Shown one piece after another: positions 1 through 10,964 of a stretch of 64,000 nt of DNA. The first letter of the stretch is position 1; the number at the start of each line of letters is the position of its first letter. The translations under genes and the position numbers were made by a program. Below the pieces are notes generated by a model, which was given only the letters and a program-made list of their open reading frames with translations, did no database searches and was not told where the DNA came from. The DNA is from a virus, in IMG/VR virus record IMGVR_UViG_3300034101_003554, positions 1 through 64,000 of that record; one strand, written 5' to 3'.

Positions 1-347
1 ATCATAGTAGCTTCATACCACTCCTCAATTGTATTTAACACAAATGATTCTCTTACACTAAACATTTGTTGTATTGTTTTAACAACATCTTCAGATATAA
101 GTAATAATCCACCATTAAATTTACCATCATTGAACTTATAACTCATAGTTATAGTATTAACCCCATCAATACACCATTCCTCATAAAAATTACCGTAGTT
201 ACGAGATTTCTTCCCAATCTTTCTAGTACCATTTGACATATAATCATCCAAATACTTGTTAATTGCTTCTCTTAATTTGGGTGTACTTATCAAATACCTA
301 GATTCAATAATCTGTCTTAACTGTCTTTCATTTATTATTACTCTCAT
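1..347 (-). CDS. Partial hypothetical protein with IxE leader, tandem paralog of 344..949
   Basis: ATG at 347 overlaps the stop of 344..949; reads MRVIINERQLRQIIESRYLISTPKLREAINKY..., near-identical to its neighbour; runs off the window. Confidence 0.85.
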   Translation of the reverse strand, partial: MRVIINERQLRQIIESRYLISTPKLREAINKYLDDYMSNGTRKIGKKSRNYGNFYEEWCIDGVNTITMSYKFNDGKFNGGLLLISEDVVKTIQQMFSVRESFVLNTIEEWYEATM

Positions 348-949
348 ATTCCATATATTTTTTTTCTATTAACATTATCAAGAATATCCAAATAAAAATC
401 CTCCAAATCTCTCTCACCAGATTCAATCTTATCTTTAATCTGTTGTCTATTATATCCCGTGTTTTTATCAATGAAGTCAATCATCTCATCATCTGTAATA
501 CCTTCAGGTTTAACTGGTTCAGGAACACAAGGGTTACTATTAACTTTATCAATCTCAGTAATATAAAACCCTGACTCTCCCATAATTGATTCAAACTTTG
601 GTATCATTGTATCTTCATACCACTCCTCAATTGTATTTAATGCAAATGACTCTCTTACACTAAACATTTGTTGTATTGTTTTAAGAACATCTTTAGATAT
701 AAGCAAAGTCCCATTCTCAAAATTACCATCCTCAAAATAATATACCATAGTTATAACTTTAACCCCATCAACACACCAATCCTCACGAAGATTACCATAG
801 TTACGAGATTTCTTCCCAATCTTTCTAGTACCATTTGACATATAATTATCCAAATACTTGTTAATTGCTTCTCTTAATTTGGGTGTACTTCTCAAATACC
901 TAGACTCAATAATCTGTCTTAATTGTCTTTCACTTATTATTATTTTCAT
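344..949 (-). CDS. Hypothetical protein with IxE leader
   Basis: 201 aa ORF starting MKIIISERQLRQIIES. Confidence 0.85.
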   Translation of the reverse strand: MKIIISERQLRQIIESRYLRSTPKLREAINKYLDNYMSNGTRKIGKKSRNYGNLREDWCVDGVKVITMVYYFEDGNFENGTLLISKDVLKTIQQMFSVRESFALNTIEEWYEDTMIPKFESIMGESGFYITEIDKVNSNPCVPEPVKPEGITDDEMIDFIDKNTGYNRQQIKDKIESGERDLEDFYLDILDNVNRKKIYGI

Positions 950-1647
950 ATATATATATTTTTTTCATCCATTTTTAATTTATCAGCTATTTCTTCTTTT
1001 GTCATTGTTTCAGCAAGGGGAGTTCCTTTCAAACTCAGATAACCACCAACATATTCCAATTTACCTAATGATGTTAAATTTTTACAATTTATTAAACGTA
1101 ATGTACTTCCAACGTATTTTAAATTATCTAATGAAGTAATGGGGGCATTTATTAAGTTTAAATTACGACCAACTTTATTCAAATTACCCAATGATGTTAA
1201 ATTTTCACAATCAGTTAAATTCAGAAATAATTTAACTGAAGTTAACCCACTTAATGTTTCAATTGATGAACCTTCCAAATCCAAATAACCATCAACTTTT
1301 TTTAAATTATTTAATGATTTGATTTTAGTATTAAATGATAAATCCAAATAACCTTTTACATACTCAAGTTCCCCTAAATCTTCCATTGGGTTTCTATGAC
1401 CTCCAAAATTTAAATTTATCATTGCCTTTTTTACTGCACCTAATGTATTAATTGGTGTATTAATCAAATTTATATCAGCATCAATCTTTTCAACAGCACC
1501 CATCTCAATTAATTTATTTACAGGTATACCCAATTGTTCTGATGCGTTCTTTAATCCAAGTTCATCAACCATTATTTTATATGCCTTAATATTTTTTTTA
1601 GATTCAATAATCTGTCTTAATTGTCTTTCATTAATTATTATTTTCAT
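946..1647 (-). CDS. Leucine-rich repeat (L-domain-like) protein with IxE leader
   Basis: Approximately 22-aa repeats LxxVxGxLxLxxxxIxSLxx. Confidence 0.8.
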   Translation of the reverse strand: MKIIINERQLRQIIESKKNIKAYKIMVDELGLKNASEQLGIPVNKLIEMGAVEKIDADINLINTPINTLGAVKKAMINLNFGGHRNPMEDLGELEYVKGYLDLSFNTKIKSLNNLKKVDGYLDLEGSSIETLSGLTSVKLFLNLTDCENLTSLGNLNKVGRNLNLINAPITSLDNLKYVGSTLRLINCKNLTSLGKLEYVGGYLSLKGTPLAETMTKEEIADKLKMDEKNIYI

Positions 1648-2489
1648 ATATATAAATTACCTTTTACACCAAATTTATTTTTAATCTCATCTTCACTCAT
1701 TTCTGATATTAATCTTTCCCCAAGTGGGGAATCTTGTAAACTTAATGAACCACCAACATATTCAAGTTCCCCCAAACTTTCAATTTCGGAATAACTTAAA
1801 TCCAAATCACCATAAACACATTTTAATTTACCCAAACTTTTAATTACACTAAAAGCTAAACTAAAATCACGACCTACTTCTTTCAAATTACCCAAACTTT
1901 TAATTTTGGTGTTTTTATGTAAATCCAAATCACCATTAACATATTTAAGTTTACCCAAATCTTCAACTTGAGAATCATAAAAACTTAAATCCCCACCAAC
2001 TTCTTCCAAATTCCCCAAACTTTTAATTTTGGTACCTTCTAAATTCAAATCACGACCTACTTTTTTAAGATTATCCAAACTTTCAATTTTGGAATAACTT
2101 AAATTCAAATAACCCCCAACTGATGTTAAATTTCCCAATGATGTTAATACTGAATCATCTCTGCTATCACGTAAATTCAAAAAACCACCAACTTCTTCCA
2201 AAGAACCCAAGGTTTCAATATCAGTTTGACGTAAATCCAAATCACCCCCAACTTTTTTCAAAATACCCAAACTAGTAATTGGTGTATAACCAAAGTACAA
2301 ATCCTCATCATATGATTCCACAATACCCATCTCAATTAATGCCCAACGTGCTATATCAAAATAATCCGAAGCATAATCAAGACCAAAAAAATCAATGGTT
2401 TCTTTATATATCTTTAACTTCTTATCACTAATCTTCTTCTCAGATTCAATAATAGTCCTCAATTGTCTTTCATTAATTATTATTTTCAT
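1644..2489 (-). CDS. Leucine-rich repeat (L-domain-like) protein with IxE leader
   Basis: Repeats LxxVGGDLDLxxxxIxSLGx. Confidence 0.8.
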   Translation of the reverse strand: MKIIINERQLRTIIESEKKISDKKLKIYKETIDFFGLDYASDYFDIARWALIEMGIVESYDEDLYFGYTPITSLGILKKVGGDLDLRQTDIETLGSLEEVGGFLNLRDSRDDSVLTSLGNLTSVGGYLNLSYSKIESLDNLKKVGRDLNLEGTKIKSLGNLEEVGGDLSFYDSQVEDLGKLKYVNGDLDLHKNTKIKSLGNLKEVGRDFSLAFSVIKSLGKLKCVYGDLDLSYSEIESLGELEYVGGSLSLQDSPLGERLISEMSEDEIKNKFGVKGNLYI

Positions 2490-2490
2490 A

Positions 2491-3093
2491 TTATCTTATT
2501 ATATCACCTTTTATTTCTACCTGACTTCTGATTTCTTCATCACTTAATTCAGCGAGGGGAGTATCTCTCAAATATAAATAACCACCAACATATTTAAGAC
2601 TCCCCAAACTTTCAACTTTACTAAAAGGTAAAAACAAATTTTCACCAACATATATTAGACGATTACCCAAATCTTTAATTGGGGTATTAAATAAATTCAA
2701 ATAACCACCAACTTCTTCCAAAGAACCCAAACTTTCGATTTTACTATTTGCCAAATTCAAAAGACCCTCAACAAATTCTAATTTACCTAAACTTTTAACT
2801 AGTGGGTCATCCAAGTATAAATCCCCATCATATGATTTCACAAAACCCATCCCAATTAATTTATATTTAGGTATACGCAAAAACTCTGACGCATCATATA
2901 AACCCATTTGGTCAATTATTTTAATTATAATATTATGTTCAACAAGTCCCATCTCAATTAATTCATACGTAGTTACACCCAAAAACTCTGATGCTCTATG
3001 TAAACCCATTTGGTCAATTATTGCTGTTATGGCCTTCTTATTTTTGGATTCTTTCAATATCCTATACTGACTCTCACTTATTATTACTCTCAT
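2491..3093 (-). CDS. Leucine-rich repeat (L-domain-like) protein with IxE leader
   Basis: Same repeat, fewer copies. Confidence 0.8.
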   Translation of the reverse strand: MRVIISESQYRILKESKNKKAITAIIDQMGLHRASEFLGVTTYELIEMGLVEHNIIIKIIDQMGLYDASEFLRIPKYKLIGMGFVKSYDGDLYLDDPLVKSLGKLEFVEGLLNLANSKIESLGSLEEVGGYLNLFNTPIKDLGNRLIYVGENLFLPFSKVESLGSLKYVGGYLYLRDTPLAELSDEEIRSQVEIKGDIIR

Positions 3094-4274
3094 TCAATTA
3101 TTAGTTTATACATAAATACAATAATGGGGAATTAAATTACTCACTCCCCACCTCATTTTCCCCTCCACTACGTTTCTGGGAAACCGCTACACTATCGTTC
3201 CACTATTCGCCCCGTTCATAATCCAATTCCCCATTATTATCAGTAATCCATTTCATAACCCTCACATTTCCCCTACACAACACTTTCTACCTTGTCTTCG
3301 ACTCAATATATGGTAAGTGTAATTAAATCCCACATAATGGTAATTTATCACCAATATCAACGATATATTAGACTATCGTCCATTTCAATGATATTATATG
3401 GTAAATTATTACAAGGGTTACTATCAATGGATTTCATAATGTCCAATTATATGAACACTATAGTACGCATTTGTATAATCATTTAAACATTATCATATCC
3501 ATCAAAGATGGGGTTGAAGTATTCATATTATTACACTATATTAGTCCTATTTCTAAGACACTATGTGTCCCACCCACTCCCCAATAATCAATAACTTTTT
3601 TTACTGAGAAATGGGTATAGTAAAATAATCGACCCTAATGAGGTCAAAAACGACAATAAATTACGTTTTAACTATCATTAACACTATTTATTGGTGGAGA
3701 ATTGTGGGAAGAAGTGGGAAACATTACTTGTTCAACGTATAGCTGGGGATTGTCCCCACCACCTGACACAATGACATTTCCAAATTTTTTAACAATTTTA
3801 ACATAAAAATTAACGACTGACATAGTGTCAGACCCAAATATACTAAATTATGAATCAGTTTTTAACCAACATCCCCACCACCATAACTCAAATAGACGAA
3901 AGATATGTGGTGACATATTGTCAGGATGATATAAGTGGTACTTGTATATACACAACATACACATCCAGACTACAACCCCAACCAATATACTTGTTATCTT
4001 ATTGTAATATGACTGACATCATAACTGACATAAACAAAAAATCCCCACTCAATGAGGGGGACTTCTTTAATCTTCAATTCGAAATACGAGAAGACTCACT
4101 TACTAAACTGAAACACTACATCTCATCAGGATCCGTATCTGATACATAGTGTCTCCAGGACTTAGCAAACCAAGATTGGGGGTACTTGTTACTAATAAGT
4201 TCCCCAATGTAGAGGAATAATGCAACCCCTACAATAATAACCAATACCCAAGCAATAATATACAACATAATAAT

Positions 4275-4673
4275 CTATTTTAGTTCCCTACGAATATAGT
4301 TCAATACTTTCCTATTGTAAATCTTCTCATTAGCATAAGCCTCAATCTCCATTGGGTGGTTCTCATACCCAAACTTCTTATATAGTTTAGTATATGACTT
4401 ACTAATATCCTGGATAGAGTGGGTATACTCGTGGATAATAGTTCTAGTTAAATCACTAACAGTCTTAATGTTCTTCATATACACATAGATGTGGTGAGTG
4501 TCAGGGTCATACATCCCCCAATCCTCACACTCAATGTAAGATAAAGTTATACCACTGATACCCAATGTCTTTCTATACCCAAGAACATTAACACAGTACT
4601 CCATAACCAGATCCTTAATCTTATTGACCTTGTACTTGGCCGTCCCTTCAAGTCTGTCGTTAGCGTATATCAT
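4275..4673 (-). CDS. HExxH zincin-like metallopeptidase domain protein
   Basis: IIHEYTH ... HPMEIEAY motif. Confidence 0.65.
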   Translation of the reverse strand: MIYANDRLEGTAKYKVNKIKDLVMEYCVNVLGYRKTLGISGITLSYIECEDWGMYDPDTHHIYVYMKNIKTVSDLTRTIIHEYTHSIQDISKSYTKLYKKFGYENHPMEIEAYANEKIYNRKVLNYIRRELK

Positions 4674-4713
4674 ATCAGTTGTATTATAGATGGGTGAATA
4701 ATCATTACAATAC

Positions 4714-4742
4714 TATAACGATCCACCACACCATTTAGTTCC
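4714..4742 (-). promoter_or_regulatory. ECF-sigma-like promoter GGAACT-N16-CGTTATA
   Basis: Motif with exact 16-nt spacer, seen 7 times upstream of genes. Confidence 0.6.
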
Positions 4743-5362
4743 CCAATACTATAATAAAATATTATTTTGTCATTCTCCCATTATACCAAATCACCCCTAC
4801 GTATTTTTATTATACTTAACCAAACATTATTCTGTTTGATTTAACTTGTGCAAAAATTGAACAAGTTGGGTATGTCATATTGTCATGCCGGCACATACGT
4901 AATACATCCAATACCTACATTGACATTATGTCAGTTCTCATCCCCCCATCTTACCCACAATATACAACATACCTACATTGACATTATGTCAGTCCCCCAT
5001 ATACACAATACATAACATATACTAAGGGGGATGGTATGTCATATTGTCATAGGGTTTAATTTGACACAGGGGGGACTATCTATTTTATTTGATTGAACAT
5101 CATACCCCTACCTCCCATATCCCCTCATAGACCCCCCCATGCCCTATACTCCCCCTAGCTGGGGTATCCCCCCTCCCCCTAAATTGTCGTATTTGTCGTA
5201 AATAGGGGGGACAATCCCCAATATGATGTATATGGGTAAAAAAATATTTGGGTAATTTTTTTGGAAAATTGGAAATATCCCCATATATGAAAAAAAAAAT
5301 TTGGGAAATTTTCATAATATGAGATATATTTAGTTATACAAATAAATTAATCAAAAAAAAAT

Positions 5363-5737
5363 ATGAGAAGAATAGTAAGATTAACTGAAGGTGATTTAAC
5401 TAAATTAGTTAAAAGGGTAATAAATGAATCAAATGGTGAGACATATACTACATATCTTTATTTCGAAGATAGACATGATACGGCATTTGATGAACAAATA
5501 GTTTTAAAATATTTGGAAACAATTGAAGAAGAAAATACTCTCAAAATAAAATTTGATGTTGTAGCAGAACCACTATTGGATAAGAATAAACCTTGGAGTG
5601 GGTTTTCCTTTTTTGATTGTAAAACAGGTTTAGTGGTTTTGACAGAAAAAACAAATAAAAGGATAGGATCATCTGATATGAGATTCAACGAAAAAGTTGA
5701 GACAATAATAAAATCAAAATATTGTCAAGTGGCATAA
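5363..5737 (+). CDS. Hypothetical protein with LTE/INE leader
   Basis: MRRIVRLTEGDLTKLVKRVINES. Confidence 0.8.
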   Translation: MRRIVRLTEGDLTKLVKRVINESNGETYTTYLYFEDRHDTAFDEQIVLKYLETIEEENTLKIKFDVVAEPLLDKNKPWSGFSFFDCKTGLVVLTEKTNKRIGSSDMRFNEKVETIIKSKYCQVA

Positions 5738-5912
5738 CAAATATTATATAAAAAATAATTTATTCCCCTTCCCCAAAAGAGAGGTTTTTTATTTTTGGGT
5801 AAAAAAGTAAGTCACCCCATATATAAGTGAAAATGTAAAAAAAAAATTTTGGAAAAAATTTGAAAAATTGGGATAATGTATTAAATTTGTGAATCATTAA
5901 AAAAAAGTAATT

Positions 5913-6464
5913 ATGGAAACAAAAGTATGTATAACATGTAATGTTGAAAAACCTATTAATCAGTATAGTAAGAGAAATAGTTGTAATAAGTGTGAAAATA
6001 AGAAGAGGTATCAGAGAAAGTTAAAACAATTTGAAGATGACCCTGAGAGTAAGGAAAAACATAAACAAGAAAAAATTAAAATGACAAGGGAAAAAGAGGT
6101 GACATTACCTATTGAGGGTTTCAAGCAGGCGATGAGGAGTGCTATAAGGAAATCATTTAGTAGGATGGATATAAATAAGAATTATACGCCTTTGGAAATA
6201 TTGGGTGTGGATTGGGTTGAATTTTTCAGTTATTTTGAAAAGTTATTTAAGGAGGGTATGAGTTGGGATAATAGGGGTAAGTGGCAGATTGACCATATTA
6301 TTCCGATATCAATTGCAAGGAATGAGGATGATATGTTTAAGTTAAATCATTATTCAAATTTTCAACCATTATGGAGAAAAGAAAATATGGAAAAGTCTAA
6401 TAAGATATTGGAGGAACATAAGGAATTATTATATAAATTATTGGGGGATGATTTTGTGTTATAA
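5913..6464 (+). CDS. HNH endonuclease-like protein (possible homing endonuclease)
   Basis: N-terminal CxxC...CxxC; WQIDHIIP...NHYSNFQPLW...N..KSN. Confidence 0.75.
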   Translation: METKVCITCNVEKPINQYSKRNSCNKCENKKRYQRKLKQFEDDPESKEKHKQEKIKMTREKEVTLPIEGFKQAMRSAIRKSFSRMDINKNYTPLEILGVDWVEFFSYFEKLFKEGMSWDNRGKWQIDHIIPISIARNEDDMFKLNHYSNFQPLWRKENMEKSNKILEEHKELLYKLLGDDFVL

Positions 6465-6477
6465 AATTTAATTTAAT

Positions 6478-6506
6478 GGAACTAAATGGGAGGTGTGATG
6501 GTTTAT
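6478..6506 (+). promoter_or_regulatory. ECF-sigma-like promoter GGAACT-N16-GGTTTAT
   Basis: Repeated motif, 16-nt spacer. Confidence 0.6.
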
Positions 6507-6539
6507 TAATTATTAGATAACCAATAAAAAAATAAGATT

Positions 6540-7091
6540 ATGCCAAGAGCAACGAAGGTTCAAGGATCAAACGTAAAGAAGGAGAAAAAAACAAGGGTAA
6601 AGAAAGTAAAAGAACCAAAGGTAAAACCAGAGTTTAATGATAGGCAGATTTGGAAGATGAATGAATTATATGAACTTTACAAAGTTACTTTACTTAGGTA
6701 TCTAGTAATAAAAGATGATGAAGATAAACTTAACAATTTCTGTTCAATTTTTCGTTCCCCAATTTTTGATTTATCTTTTTTGAAGACAAGGTTAATATCT
6801 GAGGCTGCAAAATTAGTTCCATATAATATGAGGGCTAAGGATCATTACTACAATCGTACATTATCAAGTAAGTTTATATTTCGAGATATGGACTTAAATC
6901 GAGATATGACATTTGAAGAATTTGTTGTTATGATAAAAAAATATGGTTCAACAATTATAATAACAAAAGAAGAACATGCGAGATTTAAAAAAGATGCTCA
7001 AGGTATGTATTTAAAAACATATAGGGATTATGAGGATAGAGGTGTTGATGTTCCAGGTTTAAGGGAGTATAGTGAATCACACGGACATTAA
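6540..7091 (+). CDS. Hypothetical protein
   Basis: 183 aa ORF; C-terminal part resembles 7926..8303. Confidence 0.75.
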   Translation: MPRATKVQGSNVKKEKKTRVKKVKEPKVKPEFNDRQIWKMNELYELYKVTLLRYLVIKDDEDKLNNFCSIFRSPIFDLSFLKTRLISEAAKLVPYNMRAKDHYYNRTLSSKFIFRDMDLNRDMTFEEFVVMIKKYGSTIIITKEEHARFKKDAQGMYLKTYRDYEDRGVDVPGLREYSESHGH

Positions 7092-7221
7092 TGATGATAA
7101 GAACAATGTGTATTATTTGCACATTGTTTTTTTTTATTTTCCCATCTTTGGTATTCAAATATATTTATTATAATCATATATTTGTGGGTTTATTAATATT
7201 TATTAATAAGAATTATAAAAA

Positions 7222-7860
7222 ATGAAGCGATTAATAATAACTGAAGGGGAAAAAATTGAGATTCTTTCATTATATAACTTGAGTGAGGAAACGTCAGTTC
7301 CAGGATATACTGGGATTACAGATTACCCTGGTGATGCTTGGGAGTTTGAGAAACCATCATATTCTCCATTCATTAATTACCCCAACAATTGGCGTTTAAT
7401 GTCATCTCAAGACAAATTGGTATTTGTTGCAAAACAGATGGCGGAAAAGAAAATAGATGTATCAAGACAGGCCAAAGGAACAAAAGAGACAGTTTGGAAG
7501 AATGTAACAGGACAAGCGGAGTTTAAATCTAATACTTGCGTTAAGGGGGTTTGTGACATATATAAAAATGCTGGGTTATCATCTGGAATTCCTATGGATG
7601 TTTTGGATAATAGAACTTTTAAACAAAATCACGGACAATATGGGTATAAAATAGTTCCAAATAAAGAATTAAAACCTGGTGATTTGATTCAGTATGTTTG
7701 GTCTTCTGAAAATACGTATCCATATCATATTGGGGTTTATGTAGGAAACAATGAATATGTGAGTGATGGGTCAGCTGATAAACCAATAATGAAACAAAAT
7801 ATATATAAAACGGAAGACGGTGAAAATAAAGACCCATTTATTGTTTATAGAAAAAAATAA
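7222..7860 (+). CDS. NlpC/P60-like cysteine hydrolase with IxE leader
   Basis: NTCVKGV ... LKPGDLIQY ... YHIGVYVG. Confidence 0.65.
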   Translation: MKRLIITEGEKIEILSLYNLSEETSVPGYTGITDYPGDAWEFEKPSYSPFINYPNNWRLMSSQDKLVFVAKQMAEKKIDVSRQAKGTKETVWKNVTGQAEFKSNTCVKGVCDIYKNAGLSSGIPMDVLDNRTFKQNHGQYGYKIVPNKELKPGDLIQYVWSSENTYPYHIGVYVGNNEYVSDGSADKPIMKQNIYKTEDGENKDPFIVYRKK

Positions 7861-7925
7861 AATTATGAAAAGAATAATAAAATTAACTGAGGGTGACTTG
7901 GTGAGATTAGTTAAGAGGGTAATCA

Positions 7926-8303
7926 ATGAGGATGACTTTGAAATTAAATTCTATGACAAAAGATGAAAAGGAAAAAGTTAAGAATGACGATGCTTACAAA
8001 TTTACAGACGAGCATCCAGTTAATAGGGTAGTAATTAGTTGTTTGTTGATATATTTGATGGAGATTAAGAACATTACCACATTTGAACAATATATTGAAT
8101 TTATGCGTAAGTATAATGTTACAATTAAACTAACTAAATTGGAACACAATAGTTTGGGTAATACTACAGGTTATTACGTGAAGGGTATTGAAGATTATTT
8201 AGGTAGAAATATTTTTGTGCTTGGGGTGGAAAATGTTTTTGATGGTATGGATATTGAATTAATTCAAAAGGCGTTAGCTGAAATTCAATTAATTGAAGGA
8301 TAA
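7926..8303 (+). CDS. Hypothetical protein, possibly frameshifted from the leader ORF at 7866
   Basis: TFEQYIEFMRKYNVTIKLTKLEH resembles TFEEFVVMIKKYGSTIIITKEEH of 6540..7091. Confidence 0.55.
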   Translation: MRMTLKLNSMTKDEKEKVKNDDAYKFTDEHPVNRVVISCLLIYLMEIKNITTFEQYIEFMRKYNVTIKLTKLEHNSLGNTTGYYVKGIEDYLGRNIFVLGVENVFDGMDIELIQKALAEIQLIEG

Positions 8304-8361
8304 TTTTAATTCCCCATTTCATAAGAGTGGGGATATTTTTTTTCTCTCGTTATACTCGATA

Positions 8362-8419
8362 TCAATCCCCCAACCCCTTTTTAAATTGATATATTTATAT
8401 TAAAATTACATATGAAAAT
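8362..8419 (+). repeat. 58-bp promoter/start cassette, copy 1
   Basis: Identical to 9106..9163. Confidence 0.9.
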
Positions 8420-8972
8420 AAGAATAACTGAGAGTCAGTATAGGTTGATTAAGGAGATATTAGAAAATAAAGGTTATTATAGAGCCGTTACGGAATATTT
8501 AGGTAAAAATATTATATTTGAGCCAACAGGGTATTATGAAAGTTTTGATGATGAGGGGAATCCTAAGTTTATGACTGGGGATGTTATGGCAAGAAGTAAT
8601 ATTCCAGAGGTGGCAGCATCTAAGAATATTGGAGGAGCTTTGTTAGGAGTTTGGAGTATGTTAATGCATTATGGTGGGGATAAAAATGGTGTTAAAATAT
8701 ATATCTATTCAATTAATGAAACCCCCGATAAAGATTTGAGTCATATTAGGTATGGTGATTTTGAGTATTTAAAAGAGGTACGATATAAAAAAGCGGTAAA
8801 AGGTAATTATATTGGTTATTTTATTATAGATAAAAAATTTAATGAATATGCTGAAAATTTTTATAATAGAATTAATGGTGACCCATGGGATGAATTCACA
8901 GATGAGGAGATTGATATGTATGATGAATTTGAAAAGTTTTTGGAGGATATAAATATTAATGATTTAAAATGA
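8412..8972 (+). CDS. Hypothetical protein with IxE leader
   Basis: MKIRITESQYRLIKEILE. Confidence 0.85.
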   Translation: MKIRITESQYRLIKEILENKGYYRAVTEYLGKNIIFEPTGYYESFDDEGNPKFMTGDVMARSNIPEVAASKNIGGALLGVWSMLMHYGGDKNGVKIYIYSINETPDKDLSHIRYGDFEYLKEVRYKKAVKGNYIGYFIIDKKFNEYAENFYNRINGDPWDEFTDEEIDMYDEFEKFLEDININDLK

Positions 8973-9105
8973 GATTTTGTATATGTTTATAACTAAAAAA
9001 AATATGAAGAAGATAGTAAGATTAACAGAATTTGATAGTATAGATAAATCAAAAAAAATATAATTTATTATGGTCTTCCAGTTTAGATAGTTGGGGGATA
9101 TTTTT

Positions 9106-9163
9106 TCAATCCCCCAACCCCTTTTTAAATTGATATATTTATATTAAAATTACATATGAAAAT
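9106..9163 (+). repeat. 58-bp promoter/start cassette, copy 2
   Basis: Identical to 8362..8419. Confidence 0.9.
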
Positions 9164-10055
9164 TATAATAACGGAGAGGCAATTAAATGAATTAATGTCA
9201 TTGGACAATTACGATGCAAAGACATTTATTTCAAATAAATTAATTGAGTTTTTGAATAAATTATTGGTTGGTGATTCAACAGAAAAGGAAATAACTTATA
9301 AAGTTACCAAAGTTATTATTGATTCAATAATTGAATTTTATGAATTGGAAGATAATAAGGAGAATAGAAAAAAGATTAATTCTTTATTTTATGTTAGTAC
9401 TTATATTGATGCTAGTTCTATTGGTGGTGATGATGACAACCCTTTAACAGCTTTATGGGAGCATTTATTTCACATTTACATACACATTAACAATGAAGAA
9501 AGTAATATTTATGTTAAAGGTAGTCGTTATAAAAAGGCTCTAATTTTTGAGGGTAGGATTGTGGAAATGATTTCCAAATTAATTGGTGAATTAAAAAAGA
9601 AATATCCTAAGTGGGTTGAGGGTGGTGAATTTAAAAAGGAAATGATATTACCATATAAGAACACCCCATTTCAAAGTGATGATGAATTAAGTGTTGGGAT
9701 ATATGAGTGGAATACAACTTTTGAAACTTTGGAGAAGTTATTTTATGATTTCTTATTTGAGAATTTGGGGGATGCTGAATATGAGGAGTATAAAACTATT
9801 ATTGATAGGAATATGGATAGGTTAAAGGATTATGTGGAAAAGAATGATTATAAAAAACACATTTATTATGATAAGCCAATATCCGATAGGATGGGGAAAC
9901 GAATGATTAAGGTATTGGGACAGGATAAGATATATGATAAAAAATATTTATATGATTACATTTATTCTTTGCATGACTTTGGAATTGAGAAGAAATTATT
10001 TGATAAAGATTTTATTGATTTTTTGGTTATGTTTAGGAAGTTTGTAATGAAATAA
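9156..10055 (+). CDS. Hypothetical protein with IxE leader
   Basis: MKIIITERQLNE, 299 aa. Confidence 0.85.
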   Translation: MKIIITERQLNELMSLDNYDAKTFISNKLIEFLNKLLVGDSTEKEITYKVTKVIIDSIIEFYELEDNKENRKKINSLFYVSTYIDASSIGGDDDNPLTALWEHLFHIYIHINNEESNIYVKGSRYKKALIFEGRIVEMISKLIGELKKKYPKWVEGGEFKKEMILPYKNTPFQSDDELSVGIYEWNTTFETLEKLFYDFLFENLGDAEYEEYKTIIDRNMDRLKDYVEKNDYKKHIYYDKPISDRMGKRMIKVLGQDKIYDKKYLYDYIYSLHDFGIEKKLFDKDFIDFLVMFRKFVMK

Positions 10056-10157
10056 TATATTATCCCCATCTTTTATAGTGGGGATATTTTTTTTTCTCGT
10101 TATACTCGTAATCAATCCCCAGCCCCTTTTTTATAGTATTTATTTTAAAATTAGATT

Positions 10158-10946
10158 ATGAAAAGAATTATAAGATTAACTGAGGGTGAATTGGTTAAAT
10201 TGATTAAGAGGGTTATTAATGAGGGTGAAATAGATGAGATTGACATTGAGGGGACATATTTGGAGAAACCTAATACCGACTATTATAGGAAAAAGGATTT
10301 GGATGACGCTTTTGTAAAGGATTATGGTAATGTATTCAAGGATGAACCGATTACTCGTAGTGAACCATATGGATTGAAGTTTATAAATATAGGTAAAAAT
10401 TTATATAATGTTAAATTTCCCCCAAATTTTGGTATTAGACATTTTCCATCTAGGGTTAATTTTGAAGATGGTGGTTTGTATGGGAATGAACATTATGGTT
10501 TGGAGATTCCCGCAATGAAAAAAACAAATAGGGGGATAATAAAGAATGTTGATGAGATATTGAATGATTGGGGTGTTGAGATTGGAACTGAGGGTGAACC
10601 TAGAAATAGGATACATTTTATTGGTGGATTGCCATCAATTTTAATGGGGACTGGATTGGGTTATTTGATATATCAAGAATTCATAAAATATTTGGGATGG
10701 GGTAGTTCAACCTCCAATGTCAGTGCGGAGTCTCAAAGAATTTGGACAAAACTTATTAAAGACCCAGATTTTTATAGTTTTTATATTGATGGTGAGATAT
10801 CGTCAAGAATATTTGCGATATATAAAGGAACTGATAAAGACATTGTTAAAATTGTTGATGACAATTATAATGATGTTAATTTTATTAAATTTGATAAAGA
10901 CTTATTAAATGATTATCCTGAATTAATAAAGTATAAAAAAAATTGA
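10158..10946 (+). CDS. GNAT-like protein with LTE leader
   Basis: LMGTGLGYLIY ... SAESQRIWTKL resembles GNAT motifs A/B. Confidence 0.55.
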   Translation: MKRIIRLTEGELVKLIKRVINEGEIDEIDIEGTYLEKPNTDYYRKKDLDDAFVKDYGNVFKDEPITRSEPYGLKFINIGKNLYNVKFPPNFGIRHFPSRVNFEDGGLYGNEHYGLEIPAMKKTNRGIIKNVDEILNDWGVEIGTEGEPRNRIHFIGGLPSILMGTGLGYLIYQEFIKYLGWGSSTSNVSAESQRIWTKLIKDPDFYSFYIDGEISSRIFAIYKGTDKDIVKIVDDNYNDVNFIKFDKDLLNDYPELIKYKKN

Positions 10947-10964
10947 TGTATTTATAAATAAAAA

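Larger units (their letters stand above)
3100..5360. other. Mostly non-coding divergence region, candidate replication origin or genome terminus
   Basis: Gene orientation and C/G skew flip near 5200; TGACA-N3-TGTCA palindromes, direct repeats, C-tracts and A/T tracts. Confidence 0.45.

Noticed and set aside
3292-5315. ORFs 3292..3486, 3850..4149 and 5100..5315
   Set aside because: Atypical composition, within the repeat-rich non-coding region and against local gene orientation
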